Source of the DNA: Carcharhinus amblyrhynchos
Lineage: Eukaryota
Length of the DNA: 64,000 nt
NCBI GenBank assembly: GCA_965287045.1
Contig: OZ336887.1
Location: forward strand, 22,692,001-22,756,000
Reading direction: 5' to 3'
Below are positions 1 through 11,513 of this stretch, piece after piece; the first letter of the stretch is position 1, and the number at the start of each line of letters is the position of its first letter. Both the position numbers and the translations under genes were made by a program. The notes under the pieces were generated by a model that saw only the letters and a list, made by a program, of their open reading frames with translations, did not search any database and was not told the origin of the DNA.

Positions 1-439
1 AAAGGCACGGTACAAATATACATTGTTTTGTAAGTTAAAACGCTCTTCTATAGTGACACTACTTAGCTGTAACATCAACTTGTTCTTGAAAACATACATG
101 CAGTGTAACAGTACAAACTGGCCTAAGTGGCACTGTATGTATTGTTTTAAAACCATTTGGATTTTAAAATCAATTACGCCAAAGAATATGACTGAATATT
201 GTCATATTCCATAGTGCACCATGCAGGGCTGAAGTATGTAGAACTGGAGACAAAAAAGATAGCAAACTACAAGAATATCCAGTGGAGAGAGAATTATATG
301 TATGCATGATGCACTGTTTTTACTCATTCTTCATTAGATTGGTGAAATTGCTCTAAATTCAAACAAACATTTGCACTACCCTGGTGTAATCCATGGGATC
401 AAGACAAAATACTGATAACAGCACAGTACTGTAGGAACA

Positions 440-1190
440 GGACAACTCGCATTTATATAGCCATTTATGGTAGTAAAATAACCCAAAGCGTCTCACAGGA
501 GCATCAAACAAAACTCGCCACTAAGCCACATCAGAGGACAGATATTCAAAAGCTTAGTCAAAGAGCTTGGCTTTAAGGAGCACTTGAAAGGAAGAAAGGC
601 AGAGAGACGGAAAATTTTAAGGTGCGGACTGCAGAGCTTATGGCCTTGATAACTGAAGGCACAGCTGTCAATAGTGCAGCAATTGAAATTGGGGAGGCTC
701 AAGAGATCATAATTACAGCAGGGCTTATGGCCTTGATAACTGAAGGCACAGCTGTCAATAGTGCAGCAATTGAAATTGGGGAGGCTCAAGAGATCATAAT
801 TACAGCAGGGCAGATACTGTAGAAGATCATTCTGCTGGGTGAGGCTATAGAGGAAGAGGAGGTGGGTCGTGGTGAGACCATGGTGGCAATCAAGGTATTG
901 TTTCATCAGGAGCCAGTGTAAGTCAACAAGCACAGCTTGTGGTTGAAAAAGACTTGGGATGATTCACTATACCAGCAACAGATTTTTGGCCAGTTCATTG
1001 GAGGCAACAAAGGCATGGATGAAGGTCTAGCGGATGAGCTGAGGTGAGGACTGAGTTGAATGACGTAATGGGAATGGAAGCAAGCCATCCCACCCGACTG
1101 ATAATGGAGGAGAAGAGGTTGGAGATGCATGTTGTTGTCATCCATGTCAAAGTTTGCAGATAAATTAAGATGGAGAGTTTACCTTTGTCA
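440..1190 (-). mobile_element. Degenerate L2-like LINE 3' fragment
   Basis: Tail motifs shared with other copies in the window (e.g. gctttaaggagcacttgaaagga versus ~42535 ttaagaagcatcttaaagga); family assignment from recall. Confidence 0.5.
636..809. repeat. Perfect 87-bp tandem duplication
   Basis: Unit GCTTATGGCCTTGATAAC...TTACAGCAGG at 636-722 and 723-809. Confidence 0.95.
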
Positions 1191-1634
1191 GTCACATAGG
1201 ACGTAATTTGAGACAGTGTGTTAGGAATGTTTTATAATTTTAAGTTGGATTTATGTTTATATCTGTGTGTTAAGAAAGGTAAAAATTGTTTCAATTTCAT
1301 TTAGGTTTTGTTTACAAACCCTGGGAGTCTGAATAGACTTGTGACCAAAAGATTTTGGGTATTTTGGGTTTGTTTGTATACATACATCATAATGAGGTCT
1401 TACAAAAGCCTTAAGTTAAAGAGAAAGGGTTAAAAGTGGTTGAAATTTCAGTGATTCTGGTGGGGGAGGGAGCACAAAGCAGAAAGTTTTACTGTTGCCT
1501 AGCAACAGTATCAGCTGATAGACACAGAAAATGTAGCAGTTGAGAGGGGGTGGGGTTTAGAGTGCAAGTCAGAGAGAGAAGGCAGGAATTTTAAACTCGA
1601 GTAGGAAAACAAGAAATAGCAAGGGAAAATACTT

Positions 1635-4108
1635 GGTGGAATTAATCTATAGGTCCCTTAATAGTAGTTCCACAGTAGGACATAGTATAAACCAAAAATT
1701 ACAGGGGGTTTATAAGAAAGGAACAACAATATTCATGGGTGATTTTAATATGCATATGGGCTGGATCAATCAAATTGGCAAGATAGCCTTGATTTAGAGT
1801 TCATCGAATGTATTAGAGACTGTTTATTGGAATATTATGTGTTGAACCAACTCAGGAGCAAACTATTTTGGATTTAGTATTGTGTAATGAGATGGGATCA
1901 ATTAATGATCCCATAGTAAAGGATCCTCTAAGGAAGAGTGATCATTGCATGCTTGAATTTTAAATTCAGTTTGAGGGCAATAAACTTGAGTCCCATATTA
2001 GTGTTCTGGGGTTAAACATAGCTATGTGTACAGATTTGGCCCCGGTGGACTGGGCAGAAAGATTAAAAAGAATGAGAGTTGACGAACAGGGGCAGACGAA
2101 TAAGGAGATATCCAATTCTTCCCAACTAAAATATAGTCCAGAGAGAAAAAAAGATAGAAAGAGAGGAAACGTATCCATGAACTAAGCAAGGAGGTTAAGG
2201 ATAACAAAGGCAAAAACTAAAGCATACCAAATTGCAGAGGTTAGTGGCAGGCTAGAGGATTAGGAAACCCTTAAAGGGCCAAAAGAAGGGTTACTAAAAA
2301 GGAATAAAAAGAGCAAATGTAAATTATGAAAGAAATCTAGCACAAAATATAAAAACAGTTAGCAAAAGATCCTATAAGTTTATAAAAAGGAACAGAGTAG
2401 CTGAAGTCAATATTGGCCCCTTGGAGAATAAGAATAACAATGGGAAACACAAATGGCACAGACACTAAATTAATATTTTGCCTCAGTTTTCACGGAGGGT
2501 ATTAGAACCATCCCTATGGTAACAAGAGGTTGTTGAAAAAGAGGAACTTAGAACAATCACCATCACTAGGGAAAAATTACCGAACAAACTATTCGGATTA
2601 AAAGCAGACAAGTGTCCAAGGCCTGAAGGACTACATCGTAGAGTCTTAAAGGAAGTGGTAGCTGAGATATTGGAGGCATTAGCTCAAATATTCCAAATTC
2701 TCTGGATTCTGGAGAGGCTCTAGTGGACTGGAAAAGCTTAATATAACATCCTTGTTCAAAAAGGAGGAAAGGCAGAAAGTAGGAAACTATAAATCACTTA
2801 GCTTATTATCTATCATTGGGAAATTGTTTGAATCCATCCATAGGGAAAAGTCATGGGATATTTGGAAAGTCAAAACACAATCCATCGAAGTCAGCATAGT
2901 TTTATAACTGGTAAGTCATGTTTGGCTAGAGTTCTTCAAAGATGTAACAAGAAAATTGGTAATAGGAGTCATGTAGATGTTGTGTATCTAGACTTCCAGA
3001 TTTTAGGCATTTTATAAGCTGCTGTACAAAAGGTGAATACATAAGGTACTATTCCAGAGGGTTGGGAGTAATATATTGATTTGGATAGTGGATTGCCTAG
3101 CCAACTGAAAGCAGAAAGTGGGGGTAAATGGGTTGATAAGCTGTAATTAGTGGTGTGCCACAGGGTTCAGTCCTCAGGCCCCATCAATTTACAATCTATC
3201 TTAATGATTTGGATGCAGGAGGTAGAATGTATGATAGGCAAACTTGCAGATGACACTAACATCAGCGAGGAAGCAAGCTGTAGTGTGGAAATAAGAAATT
3301 TACAAATGGATATGGATAGGTTCAGTGAGTGAGTCAAAATTTGGCAGATGGCATTTAATGTGGATAAGTGTGAGGTTATCCATTTTGGTCAGAAGAATGA
3401 AAAGGCATTTTATTGGAGAGAAACTTCAAAATGTTTTGGTGCAGACAGTGTCCTTGTGCATGAATCACAAAAAGTTAGCAAGCAGGTGTAGCAGGTAATA
3501 AGGAAGGCAAGTGGAATTTTGACATTTGTTGCTAATAGAGTATAAAAGTAGGGAAGTGCTATATTGGTGAGACTGCATCTGGAGTACTGTGCACAGTTTT
3601 GATCCCCTTTCTTGAGGAAGGATGTAAATGCATTAGAGGTGATTCAGAGAAGGCTCACCAGATTAATTCCAGGGACAAAGGACTTCTCTTATGAAGAAAG
3701 TTTAGGCCTATCCTTGCTGAACTGTAGAAGAGTGAGAGGAGATCCAATTAAGGTGCATACAATGCTAAAGGGAAATGACAGGGTGGACGTAGAGCAGATG
3801 ATTCCTCTTCTTGGATACTCGAGATCAGGAAGCCATAGCTTTACGCTAAGAGGTGGCAGATTTAAAACCAAAATGAAGAAGAATTATTTCACTCAAAAGG
3901 GTCATAAATCTGTGGAAATCTCTATCCCAAAGTGCAGTGGACACCAGACTACTAAACAAATTTGAAGAGATAGATTGGTTTTTAATTAGTAGTGGGATGA
4001 AGGGTTATGGGAACCAAGCAAGAAGGTGGAAATGAGGCTGATATTCGATCTTATTGAATGGTGGAGCTTAAGGGCTGAATAGCCTACTCCTGTCCCTAAT
4101 TCTTACAA
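1635..4108 (+). mobile_element. CR1 LINE, long degenerate ORF2 plus 3' tail
   Basis: Endonuclease GDFN (~1736), RT YLDF (~2985), GVPQGS (~3152), ADD (~3245), C-terminal RKDVNALEVIQRRLTRLIPG; many stops and frameshifts. Confidence 0.92.
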
Positions 4109-4487
4109 GAAGCTACAAGGTGAGAGGGGTAGTGGGCAACTGAATATCAATTATAGGACTCTATAAAGTGATCAGTTTTGCAGAGGTGCCGCTGGAAGAC
4201 TGTGTTTCGGGAACTCATTTGTTTGCTGTGCAATTTATGAAACAGTGGGTTTAGAGTGCGGTTTTTGAGTGTCTTGAGAAGAGATGCAAGTTGGGTGAGT
4301 AGCATCAATTGAATGCTCACAAATTCATCTGAAGAAAATTGTTTGCAACTGCATCAGTTGCAAGCAAGAAACCATTGTGTCATGCTAGTGGTCTCCATGT
4401 CTGTAAAGATATTACTGGGATAAAGAAATAGTGGTAATTTTAACACCTCTGACTCTCATACTGCAACCTCCAGAGAACAATCCACCC

Positions 4488-4730
4488 CCCCAAACAGCAG
4501 AATCTGAAGAGAAAGAGACTTATTTCCTGGCAGATGTTAATTTCTAAATCCAGAGCAAGAGAGACAGAGAAAGCGATCTCTGTCTAAAGATCCCAAACAG
4601 CAGACTGTCAGACAAAGACCCACTTCCAAACAACAGCATATCAGGGAAAGAGACTTATTTCCTGCCAGATTACAGTCGCTAACTCCAGAGAGAAAGAGAG
4701 GTACTGCTGTCTAGCAACTCCAACCAGCAT
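4488..4730. repeat. Degenerate ~135-bp direct duplication
   Basis: GAAAGAGACTTATTTCCTG at 4511 and 4646; CCAAACAGCA-like submotif four times. Confidence 0.65.
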
Positions 4731-5089
4731 CTGACCTGATTTTTCTGTGCAAATCTAGATCCACTCAGTTACATGATCTGTCCCTGTCAATCATCCTAAT
4801 CAAGCACTACTCTGCAAAATCCCAGGAGGACACTAAAATGACAGAACAGCATTAGCACAGATTAAAACAAACATTCCAGCAATTATACTGCCATGCTGCA
4901 GTAACAATAGAGGATGCTGGTTATAGACCAGCAACTCTAATAATAAAAAAAAGCTGCTAAAACAAATTCTACGCAAGAAACATGACTAAAATACATTTCT
5001 TAAAGGCAACAATATCGTCACACTCCATAGTTTCTGGGGGAAAAAAGGATCTACCAAGCCAGATTTTACTCTGGGATCTGACGTGTCCG

Positions 5090-5345
5090 CTATTAACAAC
5101 AGCTGCAATTGTAACAATTGATAAAAGCTGCTGTCACAGTGTGACAAAAATGGAAAGCTAATTGGAGAGCTTCAAATATGGAGTTCTGGGCAAGAATTTG
5201 GGAAGCAACTTTGGAGAGAAAAGGAAGGTTGAAGATGTGGTGATACTTCTCAAGCATAGAGGGGTCAGGGTTTTTTTTAAACAAAGAAGAATAAGGTAAT
5301 AATACTAGATTTGAAGGCAAGGGGGATAGCAGCTGAGGAATCCAC
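5090..5345 (-). mobile_element. L2 LINE RT fragment
   Basis: KKNPDPSMLEKYHHIFNLPFLSKV resembles the L2/CR1 RT motif YRPISNLPFLSK. Confidence 0.65.
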
Positions 5346-5469
5346 AAACTACAGTTGCATCCATTTAGTAAGTGCCCTCCAGTTGAAGTCATATCGCCAA
5401 GTAAGAAATTTTGATCAACAAACCAATAATCTAGCATATCACATGCCATCATAATGAAACACCAGCAGA

Positions 5470-5727
5470 TGATTATTTATCCCACTTCTACCCTTTCACC
5501 TTGCATCATCATCCCTTTTGTTATTTAACCTCTCCTGCCTTCTAACATACCACATGTCTCCACTTTTGTTCTTTCCTCCCCTACAGCTGCCTCTGTACTT
5601 GCTTAAAACCTGCTAATTGTCTAATTTTTGTCAAATTGATGAAATGTCATTGATCTGAAAAGTTAACTCTTTCTCTTCTTACAAATGCTGCCTGATGTTG
5701 AGAACTTCCAGCATTTTCTGTTTTTAT
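5470..5727 (+). mobile_element. Penelope-type terminal repeat fragment
   Basis: TGATGAA..TGAAA..TGCTGCCTGA..TTCCAGCATTTTCTGTTTTTA; same family at ~18010, ~18570, ~36620, ~48380, ~57985. Confidence 0.55.
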
Positions 5728-5795
5728 AAATGCAGCAGAGCACTACTAACACCACGACAGTATTACATCAGACACTTTAATATTCATAAACTTAC

Positions 5796-5871
5796 TGGCA
5801 ACACAAGGAATACTCATCAATTCCAATAACACCTCGGGGAGGTGGACGGAACTTCCATCGACAATCATTTT
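5796..5871 (-). CDS. HELZ-like coding exon 6 (start of CCCH zinc-finger region)
   Basis: gtctttcag| 76 nt (E)NDCRWKFRPPPRGVIGIDEYSLCC |GTAAGT; HELZ has [25 protein letters not shown]. Later exons were not found in 1-5795. Confidence 0.92.
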
Positions 5872-5927
5872 CTGAAAGACAATTGGAAACATTACTTTTC
5901 TGTGTAAGGTCTTCAAAACATGCCTCA

Positions 5928-6392
5928 GGGAGGCAGTGGTGTAATCGCATTGTCACTGGACGAATAATTCAAAGACCCAGGGTAATGCTTAAACTTAGTT
6001 TAGGTTAGAGGGTCATTAGATTGGTTCCACTGATCGGCGCAACACTGAGGGCCGAAGGGCCTGTACTGCGCTGTAATGTTCTATGCTCTAGGGACCTGGG
6101 TCGAATCCTACCATGGCAGATGGTGAAATTTCAATTCAATAGAAATCTGGAATCGAAAGTCTAATGATAACCATGGAATCATTGTTAATTGTTGTAAAAA
6201 CCCATCTGGTTTACCACTGTCCTTTAGGAAAGGAAATCTGTTGTCATTAGCTGGTCTGGTCTACACGTGACTCCAGACCTGCAGCAATGTGATTGACTCT
6301 TAAATGCCCTCTGCATGCCACTCAGTTCAAGGGCAATTAGGCATGGGAAATAAATGCTGGCCTAGCCAGCAATGCCCATCTCCCATCAATGA
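5928..6392 (+). mobile_element. SacSINE1-like (tRNA-headed Deu-SINE), interrupted by a CR1 tail at ~5990-6085
   Basis: tRNA-like A/B boxes (TGGTGTAAT..GGTCGAATCC), core CCCATCTGGTT..TCCTTTAGGAAAGGAAATCTG, tail AATAAATGCTGGCCTAGCCAGC; the insert ends GGGCCGAAGGGCCTGTACTGCGCTGTAATGTTCTATG. Confidence 0.72.
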
Positions 6393-6499
6393 TATTTTGA
6401 TCCCGAGACCTGGTCCAGTGATTTCAATTAGTATCTAATGAATGTCAGCATCCAGGATTAAAAAACGTGCAGGAAGAAAAGTTCTAAGTTTCTTCGCAT

Positions 6500-8520
6500 C
6501 ACTTGAAGAAGCCACGGCCATGATTCTCCCATCGTGACTTGCAATTTTTCTGGTGGGTTGGATGGGAACGCGCGTCGCTAGTCCTGGGATTTGTGCATCA
6601 CATCTCCCAGAGCCAGTGAACAGTCGCTGGTCAGACCACACCAGGAACTGGCAGGAAGGCAGGTAAATAATTTGAATCTGTTTTTAATATGTTTTAAATG
6701 TAGTTTGAATGTAATTATCGGACCTTACCTGTTCCGATTGAATCTCCCACCCCACCAGAAGTCTGACTGACAGAGATATAGTTTATCCACATGGTGCCAT
6801 TGGGTTTCAGCCATTTTGAAACATGGGCCGCAATTCTGGCAGGATTCAGACTAGCTCCTCACATTCGGAGAACTAGTGGGAGACTCCACCAGAGTGAAGG
6901 GAGGGCAAATGGGGCCCCCCAGGGGGATGGGTGGTAGCCCCTGACATGGGCACCCTGGCAGTGCCAGCCTGTGCCCCCTGGCACTGCCCATGTCTAGGTG
7001 CTCCTTGGCACTGCCCACTAGGCATCGAGGAGTGCCAAGAGGGCAATCAGTGGGGATCCCACTGCCACTCTGTATTAGGGTCGGTCTGGGATGGAGGAAG
7101 GCCAGTGATTGGGGCGGGCCAGGATGAGGGATTGCCACTGCAGGGAGGGGAGGGTGGGTGGTCTGGACATCAGGGTACTCTGGGGCGGGAGAGGCTGGAG
7201 GGGCAGTGCTGCAGTGGTTCCGGGCTGGCCAGTTATCAGGCAGGTCAACAAATGTGGAGTCTGACGGATCAGGACCATTGCGCATGAGCAGAGTTCCAGA
7301 ACTGTCAGACTCCGGCGCGAAGAGGCCCTGCAACCCACCCCCCCAACCCCGAGTTTTTAATGAGATTCATGATCGAGACGTCTGCAGCGCACAGAGTGGG
7401 GAGATTCAGATGAGAAGCTGAACTAACAAAACAGTCGGGATCTAGAACAGTTTTCCTGCTATTTCAACATTTTTGGGAGAATGGCGGCCCATGTTTCAAA
7501 ATGGCTGAAACCCAATGGCACCATGTGGATAAACCATCTTTATATCTCTGTCAGTCAGACTGAGGAAGATGTAAAGGCTCGTCACACCATCGATGGATGA
7601 GGTGAGAGGTGAAAAATCAGGTTTGTGCCCAGTTTCCCGCCTCCAGATTTTTGGTGTGCTGATTTTAATATTTAAATCAATTTAAATGCTAATTTTAAAA
7701 TTAGTGAACCTGGGATGCAACTGTCTGAGCTCACTTGCCTTAACTTCCTCACTAGTGGAGGTCCTCAATGGCGAGGATCATGCGTGGACTCAACATGCTT
7801 GTAGGACAGGAGGCCACTGAGGACCCCTCATGCGGTCGGGGCAGGGGAGGCTGTGCAGTTTGCAACTGGCAATTGGTAGGGGCAGGGTGGGCTATGCAAT
7901 TTGCAATCGATGATTGACCTGGCTGGGGGAGGGGAGAATCATCATCTGGGCCAGGGCGGCACGGTAGCACAGTGGTTAGCGCTGTTGCTTCACAGCTCCA
8001 GGGTCCTGGGTTCAATTCCCCACTCAGGTCACTGTCTGTGTGGAGTTTGCACATTCTCCTTGTGTCTGCGTGGGTTTCCTCCGGGTACTCCGGTTTCCTC
8101 CCACAGTCCAAAGATGTGCGGGTTAGGTTGATTGGCCATGTTAAGAAATTGACCCTTATTGTGCAGCGATGTATAGGTTAGAGAGATTAGTGGGTATAAT
8201 ATGTAGGGATATGGGGGTAGGGCCTGGGTGGGATTGTGTTCGGTGCAGACTCGATGGGCCGAAGGGCCTCTTTCTGCAATGTAGGATTCTATGGTTCTAT
8301 GGTGGGAGAACAGAGAGATCTGTGCATGCACAACTGTGCCCTCTAGTGTGAACAGTCAACTTGGGGCTGAGCCTAAGGCCCCACCCCCTGCCTGTACCGA
8401 TGGGAATCAGGCTTCATTTCCTGCACTAAGTGCCATAAATTTTTTTTGCAGCCTCACCAAAAAAAAATCCTGTTTTCAATTCATTTGGCACTTAGAATTC
8501 TTTTGGTAAGATCACTGCCA
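6500..8520. mobile_element. Cluster of GC-rich non-autonomous DNA-transposon (MITE-like) pieces
   Basis: GC-rich block bounded by GGGCCGCAATTCT (6825) and AGAATGGCGGCCC (7478-7490) inverted termini, flanked by similar remnants; no credible protein. Confidence 0.55.
7954..8301 (+). mobile_element. HE1-type V-SINE, full length
   Basis: tRNA head GGGCGGCACGGTAGCACAGTGGTTAGC..GGTTCAATTCC, V-domain TGTGTGGAGTTTGCACATTCTCC..GGGTTTCCTCCGGGTACTCCGGTTTCCTCCCACA, CR1-derived tail TTCTATGG repeats. Confidence 0.92.
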
Positions 8521-9501
8521 AACTTTGTCCCCTCTCATATTTTTCATTCTTCACAAAAGAGTTAAGTCATCGATTAGCTTATTAGTTCAGTTATTAAGAT
8601 CAGTTGCATCACCACCCTCCTGCCATCAAAAATATAGGGAAGAATATATTACTTATTTCCTTTCAAAAGAGATTTTTAAGATACGAGGCTGCAATTTCAA
8701 CAACAATTTTCAAAAGGGAATTGAATGTGCACTTACAAAGAAAACATTTTGGGACCTACGAGGCTTAATGGAGAGCTCTTTCAAAGAGTCAATGTGGGAA
8801 AGCTGCACCATTGTATTCTATTCTCCAATGTAAAATATGCAGCATAGTCACAGTACTATTCTTCACATCAACTCTCAAAAGTCTCACAAGAGCAATGAAA
8901 ATCCGTTCTTCCTCTTTCATCCTTGCTCTCAAATGAACCATCAATTTAAAACTCATGTCATATCACAACATGAATTGCTGCTCAACAAGCTACACCATAC
9001 TCCAATTTTTAAGTAAAAAGACCAAACGTCAAAAATTGTTTTTTCAAACTTGAATTCACTAAAAACTAGGAAGCATATGATCTGACTAAAGACAGCTCCT
9101 GCTGCACCACATGCGTGGGAGGTGGTGCAATATGCATGCACGCCCAGATTAGAAATATATTTTAGAAATGCAATGGGGAAATTCAATGGAACATTCTCAG
9201 TCTTTTGATGATTCCTCCTCAATAAAGAAGCTTGTAAACAGGCCTGCTGGAGTCCAAGAATGCTTCCACAAAATATGCCCCTCCCTAATTCCAGTACCCC
9301 TTCGTTCTTAGGACCACTGTACTGCATTGTTCAACCCTGTATTGTTCAGAGTTCCTTAATCTCAAACCAGCATAATATACCCAGACACCGGAATCGCCTT
9401 CTTCAAAATTCCAGGTCCTAGGTCTCCTTTGCTAATGATTTCAGGTGCACCCCTACCCACAGACCCTTACCTCTTGTACTCCTAGACCACAAGAACCATC
9501 A

Positions 9502-9619
9502 ATCTAGTAGGGATGAAACCATGATTAAATAGGTGGTTCGCCCGTGCAAGGGTGACACCATAATCAGGCAGGGGACAAGGCTAGCCCATTGCACTTGGGG
9601 TGTGCCGATGTCTCCGATT
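9502..9619 (+). pseudogene. U1 snRNA-derived sequence (two overlapping partial 5' copies)
   Basis: ATCTAGTAGGGATGAAACCATGATTAAATAGGTGGTT and GCAAGGGTGACACCATAATCAGGCAGG..GGACAAGGCTAGCCCATTGCACTTGGGGTGTGCCGA..CGATT align to U1 ACCTGGCAGGGGAGATACCATGATCACGAAGGTGGTT...GGGCGAGGCTTATCCATTGCACTCCGGATGTGCTGACCCCTGCGATT; no Sm site or 3' stem. Confidence 0.75.
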
Positions 9620-9707
9620 GTGGTTTGCCTAAGCTAAGGTAGAGTGAAGGATCAGGGTAGCCAATGAAGTTAAACAGAGGCTTTATCTAATGCAGTTTTT
9701 CAAAGCC

Positions 9708-9742
9708 ATCATCTCGACCTTTTGGCTAAGGTGAAGCGCTAG
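9708..9742 (+). pseudogene. U2 snRNA 5'-end-derived sequence
   Basis: TCTCGACCTTTTGGCTAAGGTGAAGCGCTAG versus U2 TCTCGGCCTTTTGGCTAAGATCAAGTGTAG. Confidence 0.7.
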
Positions 9743-10412
9743 ATCAAACTTGGGAAGGAGTGCAATGACTCATCCTGTCAGCTTGGACCTTGTTTGATCA
9801 AGCCAAGATGAGATGTCTTGTCAGCTTGGATCTGGTTTGTCCCTCTTGTGGGGAACATGATTGTATTTAATTTGAATTGGCTTTTTTGATTAGAAATAAA
9901 ATACCAAAAGCTACAAAAAAAATCCACCAATCACTGCAACCAGACCTTAAAAACCCATATCAAAGTACCACTACATCTGAGATCCATTTCCCACTCATCT
10001 CAGATCCCAGGGCCACCCCCGGTGTTGATAGGTTAGTATCCCTGAAAATATGTAGCATGTTCCAATAACTCACTAAGTTTTGCTCTAAAGGGGTCCTTAT
10101 GCATACTAGTTTCCAGTTCTGTTGAAGAGTCCAAGCATCACCATAGTTTTTTTTTAAATATAGATTCTACCTATGTACCAAAAAACAATGAATATTAAAA
10201 TTGTGATTTATTAACCATTGCCTAAAGCCACCTCTAGCTAAGCTGCTCAAACACCCAATGAGATGCAATCCCAGTGAAGTTTGCACAACTTTCTCCTATC
10301 AGGGAGGCATATCAAAAAAGTTCTGTCAGTATTAGAGGTGACATTTTTGTTTTTTTTAGAAAAGTATCATTTCTTGCAAGAATGTATTTAGCTTTACAAT
10401 GTCAGCACACAC

Positions 10413-10458
10413 CTTTGGCATCATGCTCTGATGAAAAGAGAGCACCATTAGTTGCAGC
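10413..10458 (-). CDS. HELZ-like coding exon 5
   Basis: ttctttttgtttaagcag| 46 nt AATNGALFSSEHDAK(E) |GTGTGT; phase 0 to phase 1 links exons 4 and 6; weak similarity to HELZ TATSNALSGYHVEDLDEG. Confidence 0.72.
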
Positions 10459-11359
10459 CTGCTTAAACAAAAAGAAAATTTGCATAATTAAAATATTTAG
10501 GTATCTGTTAATCTTCTGCATCACTGTTTACAAATGTAATTACGTATCTGCAACACATTTAACAACAGAATTGTGCAAACCACTATACATGAGTCACATA
10601 ACTATGCTCTCCCTCTGAACTGTTTTGACCCATTTTAACAAGAAAGATAATGTATCTGGGTTCTATCTAGAACTAGAAATGCAGTTTACAATTTATTTAT
10701 ACTGTTCTGTGAAAGTGTAGATCATTCACAGTTAACAGCATGCACAGTAAAGCTTTAAACATTTTAAGGTGTACATTAATTATGAGGGGACAGCAGACTT
10801 CTCTTTTGCAACAACAGCCAGACTACTTCCATTTGTTATACATGTAAGGAATGGATAAGGGTAATCACTTTTAGGGACTCAGCCAAAAGGAATCTTTGAT
10901 AATAAAGCAATAAACAGGATTATTAAAACTACTAATAATGACACTACAATAACGGTGTTCAAATTCTCAACTTTTGTGCCTTAAATTGATCTAGCCTAGA
11001 TCATCATTGGTGTTTACCGTTTGTATGGATCCTAATCAAGAGGGTAGTTTCCCAGTAGACATGAATCCATGTGCAAAATAGAATCAGTTAGTACAGCATT
11101 CTCATCCAGTTTCTTGATTAAACAAACAAACATATCACACTGTCATAGCTGTGCTATTCTCAGAGATTGGTGATAAGGCATATTGCTGGTGATAGCAGCA
11201 GGAACTTAACCCTAACACATCAGATATTCTGGATCAAATGAACTAATGCAGTTTACCCAAACTCCCACCTTCCCAAAATGCACAAAGCACTTATCTGCTC
11301 CTGCAAAATTATGTTTCCCTACAAACAAGTTCTTTAATTATAGATAATTAAGCTCTCAC

Positions 11360-11416
11360 CTGCGACTCCGTCAGCAAGTGCAGCAGCCGTCTCAGATGAC
11401 TTAAGGAGGCTCCATT
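11360..11416 (-). CDS. HELZ-like coding exon 4
   Basis: gcttccag| 57 nt NGASLSHLRRLLHLLTESQ |GTGAGA; HELZ has NGMVTKDLTRLKTLLSETE. Confidence 0.88.
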
Positions 11417-11513
11417 CTGGAAGCATAAAGCGACATGTGCTTTGTGCGCTATGAATTCTACTGAAATTGCATTAATTAAAAAACCAATTTCAATTGCCAA
11501 AATGCTGACCTAC

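Noticed and set aside
170-270. Strong minus-strand acceptor (ttttttgtctccag) as the next HELZ-like CCCH exon
   Set aside because: No frame gives the expected C-x5-C-x3-H pattern; the true exon is probably left of the window.
493-933. ORFs with 29-aa internal repeats
   Set aside because: Caused by the 87-bp duplication inside a LINE remnant.
1216-4440. LTR-like element split by the CR1 (1216-1620 and 4110-4440)
   Set aside because: Compositional impression only; no termini or TSD could be fixed.
6851-7421. Overlapping 87-160 aa ORFs on both strands
   Set aside because: A by-product of GC-rich MITE sequence; no domain or splice support.
7954-8030. tRNA genes here and at other A/B-box sites (5930, 14600, 32130, 41620)
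   Set aside because: They are SINE heads continuing into SINE bodies; no acceptor stem or cloverleaf.
9502-9742. Functional U1 or U2 snRNA genes
   Set aside because: Truncated and diverged; no Sm site, and the U1 5' splice-site-pairing end is missing.
11417-11513. Alternative donor (11510) plus acceptor (11460) giving an in-frame insertion VVEFIAHKAHVALCFQ
   Set aside because: It leaves a 49-nt intron, too short for efficient vertebrate splicing, and breaks the gap-free HELZ alignment.
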